From assembly GCA_019239835.1 (NCBI GenBank), contig JAFAZJ010000108.1, forward strand, positions 1-47,908: a stretch of 47,908 nucleotides of DNA. Direction: 5' to 3'. The position numbers were made by a program, and so were the translations under genes. Below are positions 43,473 to 47,908 of this stretch, piece after piece; the first letter of the stretch is position 1; each line of letters begins with the position of its first letter. A model generated the notes under the pieces. The model saw only the letters and a program-made list of their open reading frames with translations, was not told where the DNA came from and ran no database searches. This DNA comes from Alphaproteobacteria bacterium. GTDB taxonomy: Bacteria > Pseudomonadota > Alphaproteobacteria > Reyranellales > Reyranellaceae.

Positions 43473-44729
43473 ATGGACGACAGCGAATTCCACCGCCTCA
43501 AGCGCCTGCCGCCCTACGTGTTCGCCGAAGTGAACGCGATGAAGGCGCGCGCACGCGGCGCTGGCCAGGACGTGATCGACCTGGGCATGGGCAATCCCGA
43601 CCTGCCCACGCCGCCGCATATCGTCGCCAAGCTGGCCGAGGCCGCCGGCAACCCGCGCACCCATGGTTACTCCAACTCGCGCGGCATCCCGGGCCTGCGC
43701 CGCGCCCAGGCCGCGTACTACCAGCGCCGCTTCGGCGTCGAGCTTGATCCCGAAAGCGAGATCATCGTCACCATCGGCTCGAAGGAGGGGCTGGCCAACC
43801 TCGCGCAGGCGATCACCTCGCCGGGCGACATCATCCTGGCGCCGAACCCGAGCTATCCGATCCATCCCTATGGCTTCATCATCGCCGGCGGCTCGATCCG
43901 GCACATCCCGGTGCCGGGCGGGATCAACATCGACGAGTTCATGCCGGCGCTCGATCGCGCGGTGCGCCACTCGGTGCCCAAGCCGCTGGCGCTGGTGCTG
44001 AACTATCCGTCGAACCCGACGGCGCAGGTCGTCGATCTCGAGTTCTACCGGCCGATCGTCGAGTACTGCCGTCGCGCCGGCATCTGGGTGCTGTCGGATC
44101 TCGCCTATGCCGAGATCTATTTCGACGACAAGCCGCCGCCGTCGATCCTGCAGGTCCCCGGCGCGCGCGACATCGCCATCGAGTTCACCTCGATGAGCAA
44201 GACCTACTCGATGGCCGGCTGGCGCATCGGCTTCGCCGCCGGCAACAAGAAGCTGATCCAGTCGCTCACCCGCATCAAATCGTACCTCGACTACGGCGCC
44301 TTCACGCCGATCCAGGTCGCCGCGACCGCCGCGATCAACGGCCCGCAGGATTGCGTCGCCGAGGCGCGCGCCACCTACAAGGAGCGCCGCGACATCCTGA
44401 TCGAGGGCATGCAGGCCGCGGGCTGGGACATCCCGTCACCGTCGGCGAGCATGTTCGCCTGGGCGCCGATCCCCGAGGCCTTCGCGCAGCTGGGCTCGCT
44501 GGCGTTCTCCAAGCTGATGCTGACGCAGGCCAACATCGCGGTGTCACCCGGCATCGGCTTTGGCGAGTACGGCGATCACCACGTGCGCATCGCGCTCGTG
44601 GAGAACAAGCACCGCATCCGCCAGGCCATCCGCAACGTGAAGATCGTGCTCTCGGATCCCGAGAAGGCGATCGACCTTTACCTGCGTGGCATCGGCGACA
44701 ACATCACGCCCATCAAGGCGCGCGCCTAA
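43473..44729 (+). CDS. Class I/II aminotransferase (AlaC / LL-diaminopimelate-aminotransferase-like)
   Basis: Contains LPPYVFAEVN, DLGMGNPD, NPSYP and SMSKTYSMAGWRIG (PLP Lys). It occupies the conserved position upstream of hom. Confidence 0.9.
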   Translation: MDDSEFHRLKRLPPYVFAEVNAMKARARGAGQDVIDLGMGNPDLPTPPHIVAKLAEAAGNPRTHGYSNSRGIPGLRRAQAAYYQRRFGVELDPESEIIVTIGSKEGLANLAQAITSPGDIILAPNPSYPIHPYGFIIAGGSIRHIPVPGGINIDEFMPALDRAVRHSVPKPLALVLNYPSNPTAQVVDLEFYRPIVEYCRRAGIWVLSDLAYAEIYFDDKPPPSILQVPGARDIAIEFTSMSKTYSMAGWRIGFAAGNKKLIQSLTRIKSYLDYGAFTPIQVAATAAINGPQDCVAEARATYKERRDILIEGMQAAGWDIPSPSASMFAWAPIPEAFAQLGSLAFSKLMLTQANIAVSPGIGFGEYGDHHVRIALVENKHRIRQAIRNVKIVLSDPEKAIDLYLRGIGDNITPIKARA

Positions 44730-44748
44730 TCAGAGACGGACGGCAATC

Positions 44749-46047
44749 ATGTCACAGGCGTTGCGTGTGGGAATCGCCGGCCTCGGCACGGTCGGCGGCG
44801 GCGTGGTGGAGCTATTGCGCAAGCAGGCCGACCTGCTGGCGCTGCGCTGCGGCCGGCCAGTGGTCGTGGTGGCGGCCTCGGCGCGCGATCTGAAGAAGAA
44901 GCGCGATGTCGATCTCTCGGGCATCCGTCTGGAGAGCGACCCACTGGCGTTAGCGACGGCCAAGGACGTCGACGTCGTCGTCGAGGTGATGGGCGGCTCG
45001 GACGGGCCGGCGCGCAAGCTGGTCGAGACCGCGATCGCCAACGGCAAAAGTCTGGTGACCGCCAACAAGGCGCTGCTGGCGCTGCATGGTGCGGAGATCG
45101 CCCGGCTGGCCGAGGCCAACAAGACGCTGCTTGGATTCGAAGCCTCAGTGGCCGGCGGTATCCCGATCATCAAGGCGCTGCGCGAGGGACTGGTCGGCAA
45201 CCGCGTGAAGCGGCTCTACGGCATCCTCAACGGCACCTGCAACTACATCCTCACGACAATGCGCGAAACCAAGCGCGACTTCGGCGACGTGCTCGCGGAG
45301 GCGCAGAAGCTCGGCTACGCCGAAGCCGATCCGAGCTTCGACGTCGACGGCATCGATGCGGCGCATAAGCTGTCGATCCTAGCCGCTGCCGCCTTCGGCG
45401 CACCGGTGAATTTCGCCGGCGTGCATGTCGAGGGCATTCGTCATGTCGGCGCGCTCGACATCGCGTTTGCTGAAGAACTGGAGTTCCGGATCAAGCTGCT
45501 GGGCGTGGCGCGCGAGACCGAGCACGGCATTGAGCAACGCGTGCATCCCTGCATGGTGTCCAACAAGGCGCCGATCGCGCATGTCGATGGCGTTTTCAAC
45601 GCCGTGGTGGTCGAGGGCGATTTCGTCGGCTCGACCATGTTCCAGGGCAGGGGCGCCGGTGCCGGTCCGACGGCGTCAGCGGTCGTCGCCGATCTGGTCG
45701 ACGTGGCGCGCGGGCATGGCTTGCCGCCTTTCGTCATCGAGACCGGCAAGCTTTCGGCCAAACCGGTGTCGCCAATCGAGAAGCGGCGTGGCGCCTACTA
45801 CATGCGCCTGATGGTGCTCGATCAGCCGGGCGTGATCGCCGATATCACCGCCATCCTGCGCGACCACCACGTGTCGCTCGAATCGATGCTGCAGCATGGC
45901 CGCTCGCTGGGTCCGAACCAGCCGGTGCCGGTCGTGCTGGTGACGCATGAGACGGAGGAGCTGGCGATGCGCCGGGCGGCCGATCAGATCGGCAAGCTCC
46001 GGACCATCATCGAGCCGCCGAACCTGATTCGCATTGAAGATTTCTGA
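44749..46047 (+). CDS. hom: Homoserine dehydrogenase
   Basis: Contains GIAGLGTVGGGV, TANKAL, ILNGTCNYILT, GYAEADPSFDV.G.DAAHKL and a C-terminal ACT domain. Confidence 0.95.
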   Translation: MSQALRVGIAGLGTVGGGVVELLRKQADLLALRCGRPVVVVAASARDLKKKRDVDLSGIRLESDPLALATAKDVDVVVEVMGGSDGPARKLVETAIANGKSLVTANKALLALHGAEIARLAEANKTLLGFEASVAGGIPIIKALREGLVGNRVKRLYGILNGTCNYILTTMRETKRDFGDVLAEAQKLGYAEADPSFDVDGIDAAHKLSILAAAAFGAPVNFAGVHVEGIRHVGALDIAFAEELEFRIKLLGVARETEHGIEQRVHPCMVSNKAPIAHVDGVFNAVVVEGDFVGSTMFQGRGAGAGPTASAVVADLVDVARGHGLPPFVIETGKLSAKPVSPIEKRRGAYYMRLMVLDQPGVIADITAILRDHHVSLESMLQHGRSLGPNQPVPVVLVTHETEELAMRRAADQIGKLRTIIEPPNLIRIEDF

Positions 46048-46063
46048 ACGGGAGGAAGGTGCC

Positions 46064-47053
46064 ATGGCAACCGCCGACACCAAGATGGATCGCAATCTCG
46101 CGCTGGAGGCTGTGCGCGTGACGGAAGCTGCGGCGCTCGCGGCATCGAAGCTGATGGGCCGCGGCAACGAGAAGGCCGCCGACCAGGCCGCCGTCGACGC
46201 CATGCGCCAGGCGCTCAACGCATTGTCGATCGAAGGCACGGTCGTGATCGGCGAGGGCGAGCGCGACGAAGCGCCGATGCTGTTCATCGGCGAGAAAGTC
46301 GGCACCGGCAACGGGCCGAAGATCGACATCGCACTCGATCCGCTGGAAGGCACCACCATCACCGCCAAAGGCGGGCCCAACGCGCTGGCTGTGATGGCGA
46401 TGGCCGACCACGGCAACTTCCTCAACGCGCCCGACGTCTACATGGACAAGATCTCGGTGGGTGGTGGCCTGCCCGACGGCGTCGTCGACATCGATGCCTC
46501 GCCGGCCGAGAACCTCAAGAATCTCGCCAAGGCCAAGAAGGTCGAGGTCGCCGACCTCGTGGCCTGCATACTCGACCGGCCGCGCCACAGCGAGCTGATC
46601 GCCAAGACCCGCGAGGCCGGCGCGCGCATCATGCTGATCGGCGATGGCGACGTGTCGGGCGTGATCGCCACCTCGCAGCCGGAATCGGGCGTCGACATCT
46701 ACCTCGGCTCGGGCGGCGCGCCGGAGGGCGTGCTGGCGGCCGCGGCGCTGCGCTGCATCGGCGGGCAGATGCAGGGCCGCCTGCTGTTTCGCAACGACGA
46801 CGAGCGCGGTCGGGCGACCCGGCTGGGCATCAAGGACTTCAACAAGAAGTACTCGATGCTGGAGTTGGCCAAGGGCGACGTGATGTTCGCCGCGACAGGC
46901 GTCACCAACGGCTCGATGCTCAAGGGTGTACGCCGCTTCCACAACGGCGCGGAGACCTACTCGCTGGTGATGCGGTCGAAGACCGGCACCGTGCGCTACG
47001 TCCATGCGCAGCACAATTTCAGCGTCAAGAGCGGCCTGCCGAGCTGGGCGTAG
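46064..47053 (+). CDS. glpX: Class II fructose-1,6-bisphosphatase
   Basis: GGGAGGAAGG precedes the ATG. Contains LALEAVRVTEAAALA, DIALDPLEGTT and GDGDVSG. Confidence 0.95.
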   Translation: MATADTKMDRNLALEAVRVTEAAALAASKLMGRGNEKAADQAAVDAMRQALNALSIEGTVVIGEGERDEAPMLFIGEKVGTGNGPKIDIALDPLEGTTITAKGGPNALAVMAMADHGNFLNAPDVYMDKISVGGGLPDGVVDIDASPAENLKNLAKAKKVEVADLVACILDRPRHSELIAKTREAGARIMLIGDGDVSGVIATSQPESGVDIYLGSGGAPEGVLAAAALRCIGGQMQGRLLFRNDDERGRATRLGIKDFNKKYSMLELAKGDVMFAATGVTNGSMLKGVRRFHNGAETYSLVMRSKTGTVRYVHAQHNFSVKSGLPSWA

Positions 47054-47908
47054 GTGGACCAGCCGGCCGCCTTCCTGGGAGTCGAGAAGTCGGCCTGTGG
47101 CCGACGCTGGATCTCGCGTGCGGCCGACGATCGCTCGGCGCTGGCGATCGCCCAGCGCCATAGCCTGCCGGATGCCGTAGCGCGGCTGCTCGCTGCGCGC
47201 GGCGTGCTGATCGACGATGTCGGCGATTTCCTCGAGCCGACCCTGCGGCGCTTCCTGCCCGATCCATCGCATCTGAAGGACATGGACGCCGCCATCGCGC
47301 GGCTCGCCGATGCGGTGGCACGCGGCGAGAAGATCGCCGTGTACGGCGACTACGACGTCGATGGCGCGACGTCCTCGGCGCTCCTGCTGCGCTTCTTCCG
47401 CAGCATCGGCGCCGATATCGTTGCGTATATCCCCGATCGCATCGTCGAAGGGTATGGCCCCAACGCTGCGGCGCTGTTGAAGCTGAAACAGCAGGGCGTC
47501 GCTGTCGCCGTCACCGTCGATTGCGGTATCACGGCCTTCGCGCCCCTGGACACTGCGGCGGATGCCGGCCTCGACATGATCGTGATCGACCATCATGTCG
47601 CCGAGCCGCGGCTGCCCCGTGCCGTGGCCGTGGTCGATCCCAACCGTCTCGACGAGACCAGTCCGCACCGCCAGATGGCGGCGGTGGGTGTGGCCTTCCT
47701 GCTGATCGTCGGCGTCAATCGCGCACTACGGTTGGCAGGGCACTACACCGCCAATCGACCCGAGCCCGATTTGCGGCAATGGCTCGACCTCGTGGCCCTG
47801 GGCACGGTGTGCGATGTCGTGCCGCTCACCGGCATCAACCGCGCCTTCGTACGCCAGGGCCTGCGGGTGATGCGCGAGCGGAAAAACGCCGGCCTTGTGG
47901 CACTGGGA
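47054..47908 (+). CDS. recJ: Single-stranded-DNA-specific exonuclease RecJ (N-terminal part; continues beyond the window)
   Basis: It is not in the ORF track because there is no stop in the window. My translation from the GTG at 47054 gives VDQPAAFLGVEKS...IAVYGDYDVDGATS...GYG...TVDCGI...IVIDHHV, which are DHH family motifs I-III. The frame is open to the window end. Confidence 0.9.
   Translation, partial: MDQPAAFLGVEKSACGRRWISRAADDRSALAIAQRHSLPDAVARLLAARGVLIDDVGDFLEPTLRRFLPDPSHLKDMDAAIARLADAVARGEKIAVYGDYDVDGATSSALLLRFFRSIGADIVAYIPDRIVEGYGPNAAALLKLKQQGVAVAVTVDCGITAFAPLDTAADAGLDMIVIDHHVAEPRLPRAVAVVDPNRLDETSPHRQMAAVGVAFLLIVGVNRALRLAGHYTANRPEPDLRQWLDLVALGTVCDVVPLTGINRAFVRQGLRVMRERKNAGLVALG

Noticed and set aside
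46007-47668. A 553-aa minus-strand ORF
   Set aside because: It is antisense to glpX and recJ, both of which carry unmistakable family motifs.

Overview
This is a high-GC, densely coding chromosomal segment whose gene order looks alphaproteobacterial. I support about 53 CDS, one tRNA-Pro, and no rRNA, CRISPR array, transposase or integrase. Housekeeping blocks are yceD-rpmF-plsX-fabH-ihfA-merR-tRNA-Pro (3.3-7.6 kb), rplM-rpsI (30.3-31.2 kb), argC, phaC, and aminotransferase-hom-glpX-recJ (43.5-47.9 kb). Between them lie accessory metabolic genes: an HDAC-like amidohydrolase, metY, aminotransferases, class II aldolases, an LLM monooxygenase, an OYE reductase, a TetR-SRPBCC pair, enoyl-CoA hydratase, a PaaI thioesterase, MFS and TctC transport components, and a GT39 glycosyltransferase. 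Many very long ORFs in the six-frame track are antisense shadow ORFs typical of GC-rich DNA and are rejected. No single region stands out as a clear novel system, so I rank these candidates: (1) an operon with two Tat-signal MetX-like alpha/beta hydrolase paralogues flanking a tiny secreted Gly/Lys-rich protein, next to metY; (2) a lower-GC orphan 79-aa gp5/gpV OB-fold-only gene; (3) a phaC - periplasmic beta-propeller - class III cyclase string, in which the cyclase has inverted topology and Asn at the purine-selecting Lys position; (4) a ~775-aa Pro/Ala-repeat OmpA-domain lipoprotein with four long internal repeats; (5) an orphan protein with a degenerate HNH-like motif; (6) two families of structured intergenic palindromic repeats, some of which supply candidate start codons or ribosome-binding sites. 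All functional calls rest on my recognition of motifs in the translations. No database search was run.
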